A DNA stretch of 59,946 nt, taken from the NCBI GenBank assembly GCA_021201905.1, contig JAJQEA010000279.1:1-59946 (forward strand), written 5' to 3'. The notes under the pieces are model-generated. The model saw only the letters and a program-made list of their open reading frames with translations. It ran no database searches and had not been told where the DNA came from. Origin of the DNA: Clostridia bacterium (lineage in GTDB: Bacteria > Bacillota > Clostridia > Lachnospirales > Lachnospiraceae). Both the position numbers and the translations under genes were made by a program. Positions 19,916 through 29,722 of the stretch are shown one piece after another (the first letter of the stretch is position 1; the number at the start of each line of letters is the position of its first letter).

Positions 19916-21232
19916 TTACATTTCCCCAGCCTCACTCCCTCCTTCCACCGGAACCAGGCCCGTAGCCACATATTTCTTCTTATAAACCACAGTAGCCACG
20001 CCGCTTATGACCCCGACCACCATAATCGCAATGATGTAAATAAAAATCCTGGTATATCCCGCGTTGCCGCAGGTGTCCAGCCAGTGTCCGTACATGGCGG
20101 CCTGGAACAAATCCGGGCAGAAACCGATGGCGCAGACAACCCCGGCAGTGGACGCCGCGTAGCGCCTGGGTATTTTCACCTCAGACGGCACCGCAAACAT
20201 GGCGCCCCTTGCAATATGTACCATGAAACCAATCACCAGTGTCATGACTGTCAGGAGGGCTGACGGCACTCCCGCGGGCATGAACATGAAAATCAGCGTG
20301 ATGACCGCGCCGCAGGCCAGGACAGTGGCTATGACCGATGACACAGAATGGATGCGGTCCCCCATATATCCGCCCAAAGGCGCTCCCACAATACGTATTC
20401 CATAGGTCCTGATGATGGCGATGGCGCCGGAGCCCACCACGGTTGCCCCCAGCACATTTGTGAAATACGGAGTAAAGTATGACAGGGTCTGGTAGGTTGA
20501 ATATGTGGCAAATACCGCTATGCCGGCGAACCATGTACGGGGATCCTTAAACACTCCCACCCATTCCTTCATGGACAGCTTTGTCTCCCGGCCGCCGTCC
20601 CCGCTGTCCTGGCCTTTCCCTGCCTGTTCAGGATCGGGCAGCAAAAACACCAGGGCAATGGTTGCGATAAGTCCCACTGCGCCATAGCTTAAGATGACCG
20701 CCTTTAATCCGGCCACGCCTCCCATGGCTCCCACAGCCACCTTGGCATAGAGGCCCAGGGCAATGAAATTGATGATGACGCTTGCCAGGCCGCAGGCTGA
20801 CTCCGTAAATCCAAATATGGTGCCCTGGCTCTCCTCATCCCCCACCAGGCGCACCAGCTTTGTATGCGCCGGGAAATAGAGGATAAGTCCCGCCACTGCC
20901 AGACCGGCCCAGATGAAGATGGCAAAGGCGTAGCTCATATTCATGGCCAGAAGAAAATTCAGGGTGCATGTGATGAACATTCCCAAAAGATAGACTTTCT
21001 TGGTATTAAATTTATCGCTTAAGGCTCCTCCGAAAGGCGCCAGCAGATTGCCGATTCCGAAAATGGCAATCAGAAAGCCCAGCTGCGTATTCGTGGCATG
21101 AAGCGCTCCTGCAAGATCATCATAAAATACATACTGTACAAAGGGCGTGGCATACACAACCGCAAATGCCAGACCCATAAAAAATACGATAATAAGCTGT
21201 CTGCCGGTGATTGAGACCTTTGAATTGGACAT
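19916..21232 (-). CDS. MFS transporter (YihN/YqcE-like)
   Basis: 12 TM helices; MFS loop motifs GGALSDKF and GGYMGDRI. Confidence 0.88.
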   Translation of the reverse strand: MSNSKVSITGRQLIIVFFMGLAFAVVYATPFVQYVFYDDLAGALHATNTQLGFLIAIFGIGNLLAPFGGALSDKFNTKKVYLLGMFITCTLNFLLAMNMSYAFAIFIWAGLAVAGLILYFPAHTKLVRLVGDEESQGTIFGFTESACGLASVIINFIALGLYAKVAVGAMGGVAGLKAVILSYGAVGLIATIALVFLLPDPEQAGKGQDSGDGGRETKLSMKEWVGVFKDPRTWFAGIAVFATYSTYQTLSYFTPYFTNVLGATVVGSGAIAIIRTYGIRIVGAPLGGYMGDRIHSVSSVIATVLACGAVITLIFMFMPAGVPSALLTVMTLVIGFMVHIARGAMFAVPSEVKIPRRYAASTAGVVCAIGFCPDLFQAAMYGHWLDTCGNAGYTRIFIYIIAIMVVGVISGVATVVYKKKYVATGLVPVEGGSEAGEM

Positions 21233-21247
21233 AATAACCCCTCCTGT

Positions 21248-22153
21248 TTATTTGACTGATTGGGCTGCCAGGCAGGCCAATGCAATGGAATTCAGTTTGA
21301 TTTCTGCTGTATCGGAACGCGACCCCAGGATGACTGGGTTGGAAGCTCCCAGCACGATGCCGCCCCATGGGCTGTGGCAGAGATGGATCCATGATTTGCC
21401 CATGATATTACCTGCCTCTATGTTTGGGAATATGACTAAATCCACATCCCCTGAAATCCTGCTGTTGATTTTCTTGTGGGCCGCTGCCTTTGGGTCAAAT
21501 GCAACGTCAAACGCAATGGGCCCTTCTATGATACATGGGAGAAATCCCTCTTCGTTTCTGACCGCGTCTACCAGACCGGCCGCGTCCGTTGTGGAAACCA
21601 CCTTGGGGTCCACCATCTCGTTGGCCGTAAGTACCGCCACCTTGGGATTCTGTATTCCCATATTGTAAACCGCGTACAGAAGATTCTTAAGGATGTCCTT
21701 CTTCTGTTCCAGGCCAGGGGCCACGTTGATGCCGCTGTCGGAACAGAACAGCAGCTTATGGTAGCCTGGCGCCTCGTAGACAGCCATCATGGACAGCAGC
21801 CGTCCGGTGCGGAGTCCCCATTCCCGGTTGAGGATTCCCCTCATATAGATGCTGGTGTTCACAAGTCCCTTCATCAAAATCTGGGCGCTGCCGTCGTGCA
21901 CTGCCCTGACAGCCCGCTCCACAGCTTCCTCCTCTGTGCCGGCCTGAAGGATTTCCAGGGGCATAAGCCCGATGCGGCTGCAAAGTTCCCCCATCTTTTC
22001 TTTGTCTCCTGTCAGCACCGGTTTTATGAAGCCCTGGTCGGCCGCTGCTTTTACTGACAAAAGCACTTCCTCGTCAGCCGCCTGGGCCACGCTTACCACC
22101 AAAGGCTTTGATGACCTGACCCGCTCCTGTAATTCTGTAAAATTCTTAATCAT
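21248..22153 (-). CDS. ptb: Phosphate butyryl/acyltransferase
   Basis: LMKGLVNT, LLS, DSGINVAP, EGPIAFD, PNIEAGN and SRSD motifs. Confidence 0.88.
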   Translation of the reverse strand: MIKNFTELQERVRSSKPLVVSVAQAADEEVLLSVKAAADQGFIKPVLTGDKEKMGELCSRIGLMPLEILQAGTEEEAVERAVRAVHDGSAQILMKGLVNTSIYMRGILNREWGLRTGRLLSMMAVYEAPGYHKLLFCSDSGINVAPGLEQKKDILKNLLYAVYNMGIQNPKVAVLTANEMVDPKVVSTTDAAGLVDAVRNEEGFLPCIIEGPIAFDVAFDPKAAAHKKINSRISGDVDLVIFPNIEAGNIMGKSWIHLCHSPWGGIVLGASNPVILGSRSDTAEIKLNSIALACLAAQSVK

Positions 22154-22201
22154 GGTTTATCTCTCCTCAATCATATCAGCTCAATTGTCCGGCCGCATTT
22201 G

Positions 22202-23645
22202 TCAGCTCAATTTATGGCTGTGAATCAACCTGTGGCACAGACTCTTTTTTTCTTCCCCGCCAACCTTCAGCACGTATATGCCGAACATGGCCAGGACAAT
22301 GGATAAAATAGGGTTTACATAATTCAATACGGCATATTTCCAGTATTGGGACACGCCCACCCCAAGGGTGGAAAGGATAAATACGCCGCTGGTGGACCAG
22401 GGAATGAATACCTGGGTCAATGTGCCGCCTTCTTCCAGCAGCCGGGAAAGCATTTCCGGGCGCAGTCCCCTTTCCCTGAATGCTTCCTTATACAAACTGC
22501 CGTTTACCACAATGGAGAGAAATACCTCCCCCATGGTAAGGGTGCCCAAGGTCGTGCTGGCTATGACCACCGGGACCATCATCCTGTCGCTCCTGACCCG
22601 TTTAATAATAACCTTCACAATCTGGGGAAGATACCCCACATGCTCCATGACGCCTCCAAATGATATGGCGATGCAGGACAGGGAAAATGTATACATCATG
22701 CTCTGTATCCCGCCCCTCAGCAGCAGCTTATCCACCAGCTCCACACCGGTGGATTCCACATAGCCGTAGTTGAGCCCGGCCACCACCTCCCCCAGAGGAT
22801 AGCCCTGATAGAACACTGCCACCAATACGGCCAGAACCGTACCGATGGCCATGCTGGGGACAGCGGGATATTTCATCAGGTTCAGAATCAGCAGAACCGC
22901 CATGGGCATCAGCACCAGGGGGCTTATGTGAAACCGCCCGCCGATGGTATCCAAAAACAGGTTCACCGTATCCATGCTGAAATTTCCCCCGTGATAGGAT
23001 AAGCCCAATACCGTAAATGCGGCCAGGGTAATGATATAGGAGGGAAAGGTAGTCTTCCACATGGCTCCAATGTGGGCATACAGCGTGGTTCCCGCCGCAG
23101 CGGGAGCCAGGTTGGTGCTGTCTGATATAGACGACATCTTATCCCCGAAAAATGCCCCTGATATGACCATGCCCGCTGTGAGAGGCGCAGGTATCCCCAT
23201 GCCTGCACCAATTCCCATCATAGCCAGCCCCATGGTGCCCACGGTTCCCCAGGACGTGCCGATGGAAATGGACGTAAGGCTGCACAGGAGCAGGCCAATG
23301 GGAAGGAAATAATTGGGGATAATATATTGCAGTCCATAATAAATAAGGGCCGGCACAGTACCTGAAAATATCAGCGAACTGATTATGATACCGATAAATA
23401 TGAATATAATCATGGCTGCCAGGGCCTGGCCCAGGGACTTCTTCATACAGTCTACCAGGTCCGGGAAGCTGTAGCCCAAAGGCACCGAGGCAATGCACAC
23501 CACTGCCAGGGCGCAGAGCAGCACAATATGTATGTCATAATCAAGCAGCACAACCCCCCAGCAGCAAAACCGCGATGGCTGCCCCAAATACCAGGAAGGA
23601 CATGCCGGGCCCCGGCAGTCTCTTTTCTTTGTGGTTTTCGCTCAA
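22202..23645 (-). pseudogene. NhaC-family transporter with +1 frameshift in a C6 run (23554-23559) near the N-terminus
   Basis: GTSWGT.GT.G, ISGAFFGDKMS..SDSTN and PW motifs. Likely start TTG 23645 after RBS GAGGGTGG gives MSENHKEKRLPGPGMSFLVFGAAIAVLLLG, which joins VVLLDYDIH only if one G is removed. Confidence 0.75.
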
Positions 23646-23677
23646 TGAATCCACCCTCTTCCTCTCATATGGCCAAA

Positions 23678-24739
23678 TCACGCATATTCCCTGGGTTCTT
23701 CTTCCCCCTTAAGCACCCTCAGCGCTCCAAGGGCCAGGGCCGTCATCTCGAATTCACCTGCCACCACTTCCACCGGCGCAAGGAATCCCGTCATACGCCT
23801 GATTTCATCTGCCACATATTGGGAATGGGCTATGCCTCCTGTCAGTACGATGCAGTCCACCTTTCCCTCAAAGGCAGCCGCATACGAACATATTTCCTTT
23901 GCCACCATGTACACAAACGCCTCATAGACAAGCTTTGCCTTCCCGTCCCCCTGGCCCATCCGGCGCTCCACCTCACTGGCATCCTTGGTGCCCAGATAGT
24001 CATACATGCCTCCGGTGCTGCTGATTTTGGCCACCATCTCTTCACGGGTGTATTTTCCGGAATAACACAGCTCCACCAAGGGGTAGGTGGGAAGCCCGCC
24101 GCTTCGCTCCGGGGAAAAGGGGCCGTTGGTCCTGCCTCCGCTGCCGTCTATCATCTGGCCGTTTTTGTGGGCCACCACAGAGTTGCCGGAACCCAGATGG
24201 GCTATGATCAGGCTGCTCTCCTCATACTTCTTTCCAATGCGCTCTGCTGCCCATCTGGCCACAGCTTTATGGTTCAGCGCATGAAACCAGCTGGGACGCT
24301 CCAGATCGGAAATGCCTGATATCCTGGCCTTCGGCATCAGCTCATCCACGGATACGGGGTCCACCGCAAAAGACGGCACCCCAATCTGGTCCCCGATGCT
24401 TCTGGCCAGGGCCGCTCCCAGGTTAGAAGGATGCTCTCCGTGGACCGCATGCTCCAGATCCTTAAGCATCCTCTCATTCACCCGGTAGGTGCCGCCCAGT
24501 ATGGGATTCATAAGCCCTCCCCGCCCGGCCACACCGGACAGCTCATGTATATCCACGCCTTCTTCCTCAAGCATTTTAAGGATCAGCCCCTTCCTGTAAC
24601 CGAACTGGTCAAATACATGGCTGAACCCGCTTAACTCCTCCTGGGTGTGGATGATGTTTTTTTTGAACACCTGCTCCTCATCCTCAAATACAGCGATTTT
24701 TGTGGATGTGCCTCCAGGATTGATGATTAATAGTTTCAT
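23678..24739 (-). CDS. buk: Butyrate / branched-chain carboxylate kinase
   Basis: INPGGTSTK, GRGG, HPSNLG, HALNHKA, HLGSG, GPFSPERSG and LTGGIA motifs. Confidence 0.95.
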   Translation of the reverse strand: MKLLIINPGGTSTKIAVFEDEEQVFKKNIIHTQEELSGFSHVFDQFGYRKGLILKMLEEEGVDIHELSGVAGRGGLMNPILGGTYRVNERMLKDLEHAVHGEHPSNLGAALARSIGDQIGVPSFAVDPVSVDELMPKARISGISDLERPSWFHALNHKAVARWAAERIGKKYEESSLIIAHLGSGNSVVAHKNGQMIDGSGGRTNGPFSPERSGGLPTYPLVELCYSGKYTREEMVAKISSTGGMYDYLGTKDASEVERRMGQGDGKAKLVYEAFVYMVAKEICSYAAAFEGKVDCIVLTGGIAHSQYVADEIRRMTGFLAPVEVVAGEFEMTALALGALRVLKGEEEPREYA

Positions 24740-24778
24740 TGAAAAATACCCCTCTTTCCGTCTGGTGGTTTATTTGTT

Positions 24779-24805
24779 GTTCTATTGTACGGAACACCGT
24801 TCTGT
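24779..24805 (-). promoter_or_regulatory. Putative IclR operator upstream of buk
   Basis: ACAGAACGGTGTTCCGTACAATAGAAC (minus strand), 19/27 identical to 25952-25978. Confidence 0.6.
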
Positions 24806-24889
24806 AAAAGAGGTAAAAAAGAAAGGAAACAGAATCCGTTCCTTTCCCCTTCCTGTATCAAATCACATACAGCAATGATTATAGACAGC

Positions 24890-24918
24890 ATAATAGCATA
24901 GCTTTCATACGTTGTCAA
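24890..24918 (-). promoter_or_regulatory. Sigma-A promoter of the buk operon
   Basis: TTGACA-N17-TATTAT with extended TG. Confidence 0.7.
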
Positions 24919-24980
24919 ATATTTTTTGTGCATTTTATCTTTTCTCTGCTGCTGCACCTGGCGCACAGCCGTAAATATCC

Positions 24981-25745
24981 CTAAAAATTCCCAGATATAT
25001 CTCTGGCGGTATTGCAGACAGCCTCTATCCTGTCCTCTATATCAGAGGAGTTCATACGGCTGGTGGGGCCGGAAAGACTGATGGCCGCAACAGCCTTTTT
25101 ATTCCGGTCCAGGATAGGGGCTCCTATACAGGTAAGGCCCATCTCCTGCTCCTCATGGTCCATGGCGTAACCCCTGCGCCGTACCTTGTCGATCTCTTCC
25201 TTCAAATCCTCAAAGGTTAGGATGGTGTTCACTGTATAGCGGGTCAGCTCCCGTCCCTCATAGGGCGCCCAGTCTATGTTATCGCCAAAGGCCAGAAGGC
25301 ATTTCCCAACCGCGGAGCAATGGCACTCGCTGAGGGAACCCACCGGCGGATTCACGGTCAAAAGCTGCTGGTCGCTCATCTCCTTCAATATAATGACACT
25401 GTGGTACACATCGCCGGGATTATGTTCCAATATAGACACGTTCACCACCTCATGGAACCTCTGGTGCAGCCTGCGGGCATAGGGCCGTATAACTTCCTGG
25501 ATTCCCATTTTATTCTCCACGCTCTTTCCCAGTACGAACAGCTGGCTTCCCAGCCAGTACTTCTCCGTCTCCGGATTCCTGCTCACGAAGCCTCTCGCCT
25601 CCAGGGTGGATAAGGTGCGGAACACCGTACTCTTGTAAACCCCCATATCAGAGGCAATCTGGGTTATGCCCACCTCCCTGCCCTGCCTATTTAAGTAAAT
25701 TAACAGTTCCAATGCCCGGTCCAACGCCTGGATCGTATCAGCCAT
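24981..25745 (-). CDS. IclR family transcriptional regulator
   Basis: IQALDRAL..KSTVFRTLSTL HTH; HCSAVGK; GYAMDHEE..GL.CIGAPI. Confidence 0.95.
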   Translation of the reverse strand: MADTIQALDRALELLIYLNRQGREVGITQIASDMGVYKSTVFRTLSTLEARGFVSRNPETEKYWLGSQLFVLGKSVENKMGIQEVIRPYARRLHQRFHEVVNVSILEHNPGDVYHSVIILKEMSDQQLLTVNPPVGSLSECHCSAVGKCLLAFGDNIDWAPYEGRELTRYTVNTILTFEDLKEEIDKVRRRGYAMDHEEQEMGLTCIGAPILDRNKKAVAAISLSGPTSRMNSSDIEDRIEAVCNTARDISGNF

Positions 25746-25913
25746 CCCTTGTCTCCTCCTATATTCCAGGTACATTCCGTATCCTGTATGTATCCAAATC
25801 ACCTAATAGTAATTAAAAACCATTTTTTTAACGATGTCAAGGATAAACGCTGTTTGTGCACTATTCATATATTTGGGCTTTTATTTTTGTCTAAATAGCA
25901 AACAGTCTCCTGC

Positions 25914-25978
25914 TTGACAATTAAAATGCCGCAGATGTATAATTCCATTTAACGGAACAACGTTCTATACAGCAGAAC
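25914..25978 (+). promoter_or_regulatory. Sigma-A promoter of the oxidoreductase operon with downstream putative IclR operator
   Basis: TTGACA(25914)-N18-TATAAT(25938); ACGGAACAACGTTCTATACAGCAGAAC at 25952-25978. Confidence 0.75.
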
Positions 25979-26004
25979 ACAAAATATTGACAGGAGGATT
26001 AATT

Positions 26005-26223
26005 ATGAAGGTCACGGTAAATAAAGACCGCTGCAAGGAATGTGGATTATGCATCCACCACTGTCCGAGAAAGGCTATCAGCAAATGTGATGTCCGGAAT
26101 GCCAACGGTTATTATCCCGTCCAGGTGGACGATGAGGCGTGTATTGCCTGCGGAATGTGCTACATCACATGTCCGGACGGCATATTCCACGTATTAGGAA
26201 ATACAGAAGGGGAGGTTAGATGA
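26005..26223 (+). CDS. 2x[4Fe-4S] ferredoxin, delta subunit of 2-oxoacid:ferredoxin oxidoreductase
   Basis: Two CxxCxxCxxxCP motifs; RBS AGGAGG. Confidence 0.93.
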   Translation: MKVTVNKDRCKECGLCIHHCPRKAISKCDVRNANGYYPVQVDDEACIACGMCYITCPDGIFHVLGNTEGEVR

Positions 26224-26226
26224 TTC

Positions 26227-27288
26227 ATGGCAGAGATGATGAAAGGCAATGAAGCCATTGCAGAGGCAGCCGTCAGGGCTGGAGTTAAATTCTATGCAGG
26301 TTATCCCATTACACCGTCCAGCGAGATTATGGAGTATTTATCCTGGCGTCTCCCGGAAGTGGGCGGCAGCTTCGTACAGGCGGAAAGCGAGCTGGCTGGC
26401 ATCAACATGGTAATCGGCGCAGCCGCGTCCGGAGTCAGGGCCCTGACCGCTTCTTCCGGCCCAGGCATATCCCTGAAGCAGGAGGGCGTGTCCACATTAT
26501 CCGATGAGGGCCTGTCCGCTGTCGTCATAACCCAGGTGAGATACGGCAACGGCCTTGGCACCCTGCTGTCCGCCCAGTGCGATTACAACCGTGAGACAAG
26601 GGGAGGCGGCCACGGCGATTACCGCTGCCTGGTATTCGCACCTGCCTCTGTCCAGGAATTTGTGGACCTGATGCGCCCGGCTTACGAGCTGGCCGAAAAA
26701 TACCGCGTGGTATCCGTCATGATGGGCGAGGCCACCCTGGGCCAGATGATGGAGCCTGTGACCCTTCCCGATTTTGTGGAGGCAGAACGCACCCCATGGG
26801 CCTTAAACGGTCATTATACATACAAAAAAATCGGTATCTTTGAACGCGACTCCATGAAGGAAGCCGTGGAACTGGTGGACAAATATAACACAATCAGGGA
26901 AAATGAGCAGCGGTGGGAAGACGAGGGACTGGAGGATGCGGACTATGTATTCGTATCATACGGAGTTCCGGGCCGCAGCACCCTTGGCGCTGTCCGCGAG
27001 CTGAGGGCCCAGGGAGAAAAAGTGGGAATCATCCGCCCCATCACGGTCTGGCCGTTCCCGGAAAAAGCATTTTACAAAATTAATCCTGACGTAAAGGGAA
27101 TCATCACCGTGGAGGCCAATGCCACGGGCCAGCTGGTGGACGACGCTGCCCTTTACACAAAAAAGGCGTTAAAAGAGCGCAATATACCGGCCTATGCCCT
27201 TACCTATGTGTATGGCACACCCACAATCCGGAATATCAAAAAAGATTATTTTGAAGTAAAATCAGGCAGCAAAAAGGAGGTATATTAA
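26227..27288 (+). CDS. 2-oxoacid:ferredoxin oxidoreductase alpha subunit (Vor/Kor type)
   Basis: GNEA, GYPITPS, QAESE and TASSGPG motifs. Confidence 0.93.
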   Translation: MAEMMKGNEAIAEAAVRAGVKFYAGYPITPSSEIMEYLSWRLPEVGGSFVQAESELAGINMVIGAAASGVRALTASSGPGISLKQEGVSTLSDEGLSAVVITQVRYGNGLGTLLSAQCDYNRETRGGGHGDYRCLVFAPASVQEFVDLMRPAYELAEKYRVVSVMMGEATLGQMMEPVTLPDFVEAERTPWALNGHYTYKKIGIFERDSMKEAVELVDKYNTIRENEQRWEDEGLEDADYVFVSYGVPGRSTLGAVRELRAQGEKVGIIRPITVWPFPEKAFYKINPDVKGIITVEANATGQLVDDAALYTKKALKERNIPAYALTYVYGTPTIRNIKKDYFEVKSGSKKEVY

Positions 27289-27289
27289 A

Positions 27290-28042
27290 ATGTCAGCTTC
27301 CAATAAAGAAAGAAAAGTCCCAGTTCTGGTGGATAAGCCCATGGACTTCTGTCCGGGATGCGGCCACGGGATCATAAGCCGGCTCATCATGGAATGTCTG
27401 GATGAACTGGAACAGAGTGAAAACATTATCTTCCCCATAGGTGTGGGATGTTCCTCCAATCTGGGGGCAGGCCTGGAGTGTGACCGCCTCCACTGCTCCC
27501 ACGGTCGGGCAGGCGCTGTGGCCACCGGCATGAAGCGGGTCAATCCGGGCGTTCTCATCGTATCCTACCAGGGCGACGGCGACGCCTACAACATAGGAAT
27601 TGCGGAAACCTTCAACGCGGCATACCGCAATGAAAACATTACCGTCATTGTTGTGAACAACACCAACTTCGGCATGACCGGCGGACAGATGAGCCTTACC
27701 ACCATGGAAGGCCAGAAAACCTCCACCAGCGTACACGGACGCGACTGCAGCGTCACCGGCTATCCCCTGCGTTTTCCCGAGATGGTAGCCAGGGAATTTC
27801 CCGGTGCTGCCTACGCGGCCAGGGGCACAGTGACCAGTCCCGCAAAAATCAACCAGCTGAAGGGATACATCAAAAACGGCCTCCAGGCCCAGATGAACCA
27901 TGAGGGATACTCTGTCATCGAGGTGCTCTCCCCCTGTCCGGTTAACTGGGGACTTACCCCGGTAAAGGCCATGGAGCGTATTGAAAGCGAACTGGTCCCC
28001 TATTATCCATTAGGTGAATTCAAGAAAAGAGAGGTGCGTTAA
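27290..28042 (+). CDS. 2-oxoacid:ferredoxin oxidoreductase beta (TPP-binding) subunit
   Basis: FCPGCGH, HGRA, GDGD..NN..GMTGGQ and SPCP motifs. Confidence 0.93.
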   Translation: MSASNKERKVPVLVDKPMDFCPGCGHGIISRLIMECLDELEQSENIIFPIGVGCSSNLGAGLECDRLHCSHGRAGAVATGMKRVNPGVLIVSYQGDGDAYNIGIAETFNAAYRNENITVIVVNNTNFGMTGGQMSLTTMEGQKTSTSVHGRDCSVTGYPLRFPEMVAREFPGAAYAARGTVTSPAKINQLKGYIKNGLQAQMNHEGYSVIEVLSPCPVNWGLTPVKAMERIESELVPYYPLGEFKKREVR

Positions 28043-28044
28043 TC

Positions 28045-28608
28045 ATGAAGGAAATCGTATTTGCAGGTTCCGGCGGACAGGGTGTATTGACAGCCGGGCT
28101 AATCATCTCTGATATTGCCGCCACAGAAGGCATCAACGTGACCTGGGTCCCCTCCTACGGCTCCGCCATGCGCGGCGGCACTGCCAACTGCACAGTAAAA
28201 TACTGCGAAAATACCATCTATAACCCATCCCAGGAACAGCCCGACCTGCTTCTGGCCATGAACAACCCGTCCTTTCATAAATTCCTTCCCCTGGTGGCGC
28301 CCGGCGGGGTGGTGGTAATTGGCGATCTGGTGGAGATACCGGAAGATGCCCGGAAGGACGTGACCTATGTGCGTGTGCCGGCCACCAGGATTTCCACTGA
28401 ATTAAACAATCCCAAGGGCGCCAATATCGTCATGACAGGCGCCATCGTAAAGCTCATGGGCGACTTTACCAAGGAAGCAGCCATTGCAGCCATGAACCAC
28501 ATGTTTGAGAAAAAGGGGAAATCCCGTTTTAATGAAGCCAACGAAAAGGCGTTCAATGCAGGGTATGACGCGGTGGAGACGCTGGCTTTGGATTCCTGCG
28601 TAAGATAA
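28045..28608 (+). CDS. 2-oxoacid:ferredoxin oxidoreductase gamma subunit
   Basis: AGSGGQG, PSYG..RGG and NIVM.GA motifs. Confidence 0.93.
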   Translation: MKEIVFAGSGGQGVLTAGLIISDIAATEGINVTWVPSYGSAMRGGTANCTVKYCENTIYNPSQEQPDLLLAMNNPSFHKFLPLVAPGGVVVIGDLVEIPEDARKDVTYVRVPATRISTELNNPKGANIVMTGAIVKLMGDFTKEAAIAAMNHMFEKKGKSRFNEANEKAFNAGYDAVETLALDSCVR

Positions 28609-28798
28609 ATGATTTTGAGGCATCCGGTACAGATAAATACCGACGGTATCCCTCCCGAATGCCCCTCCATTCATACAGATAGTAATATGTGATATGACCT
28701 TTGCAATCCCTGTTCCATCAGACTGCCATTTCTGATGGGGCGGGGTTTTGCAATTGGCAAACCTTACGCCCGGTTATTGGCGGGTCTGCATGATACCA

Positions 28799-29706
28799 TT
28801 ACACCAGATACCCCTTCATCAATTCATCCACCGCTTCCTGATCTCCTCTGGCCGCATCTATTTCCAGTGACCAGTCCAGTCCCCTGTACTTCTCGCAGGA
28901 GGAATCATGTTCAATAAAATGGATCATCTTGTCTACCATTTCTTCAGGCCAGACCGTGCTGTCAATTTCAGCCGCAGTATATGTTCCCTGTTCCAGCATG
29001 GCAAAACCAAATATATCCTTTGCATGTGATTTTTCAGCGCTGTTGACCAGCTCCTCCACAAGATATGCGGGATAAACAGGATACCGCTGGTGGTGCCCAT
29101 GACAATATCGCCGGGCATACAGACTGCCTTGCCAATCTTTGCAGGTCCGTTATAGGATGTCATCAGGCATTCCCTGATGGGGGTGGGGTCTGTTCCCCTG
29201 TAATAAACCTGGGTGTCAATCTTCTGCATCTGCTCAATATCACGCACGCCTCCCCATATAATAGCGCCCCCGGTCCTGGTCCTGACATTGATGGCTGTGG
29301 TCAGATTCCCGCCTACAAATGTGCCGTTCCAAACCTTGTCAAACATATCGGCAACCACCACATCACCTTCCTGCAGATGGTCTACCACCCATTGGTTACA
29401 AGTACCCTTATATCCTCTGGCATCCCCTTCCGTCCTGACAGCTTCCATCAAATCAGGCCTTGTAGGCATAAAAACTGCCGTTACAGCCCTTCCTACCAGT
29501 TTCAGTCCGTCGTGCAGCTTCTTCATTTCCCCCTCAAACTGGAACTTGTAATCCTTAAGAAATAAAGGCAGCCATATCTCCTCAATTGTCATGGTCCGCA
29601 ATTTTTCCAGAAGATAGTCCGGTACACGGGGCCTTCCGTCTTCAAAACGCTCTCCCTTCCAGCGGCTGGTCAATTCTATAATCTGATCCCTTGTATAATA
29701 AATCAT
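28799..29706 (-). pseudogene. RraA / HMG-aldolase family protein with -1 frameshift at ~29069-29071
   Basis: LVGRAVTA, GDVVV, VGGNL, GGVRD and PGDIV motifs; adding one base restores GILFIPAYLVEELVNSAEK into ORF 28799..29059. Confidence 0.8.
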
Positions 29707-29722
29707 ATTTTCCCCTCTCCCA

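Noticed and set aside
21248-24739. Butyrate-production pathway
   Set aside because: No thl/hbd/crt/bcd nearby; the context is a 2-oxoacid oxidoreductase.
24789-25965. LexA/SOS boxes upstream of buk and the oxidoreductase
   Set aside because: Spacing is GAAC-N3-GTTC, not the Firmicute GAAC-N4-GTTC; the local IclR explains the sites better.
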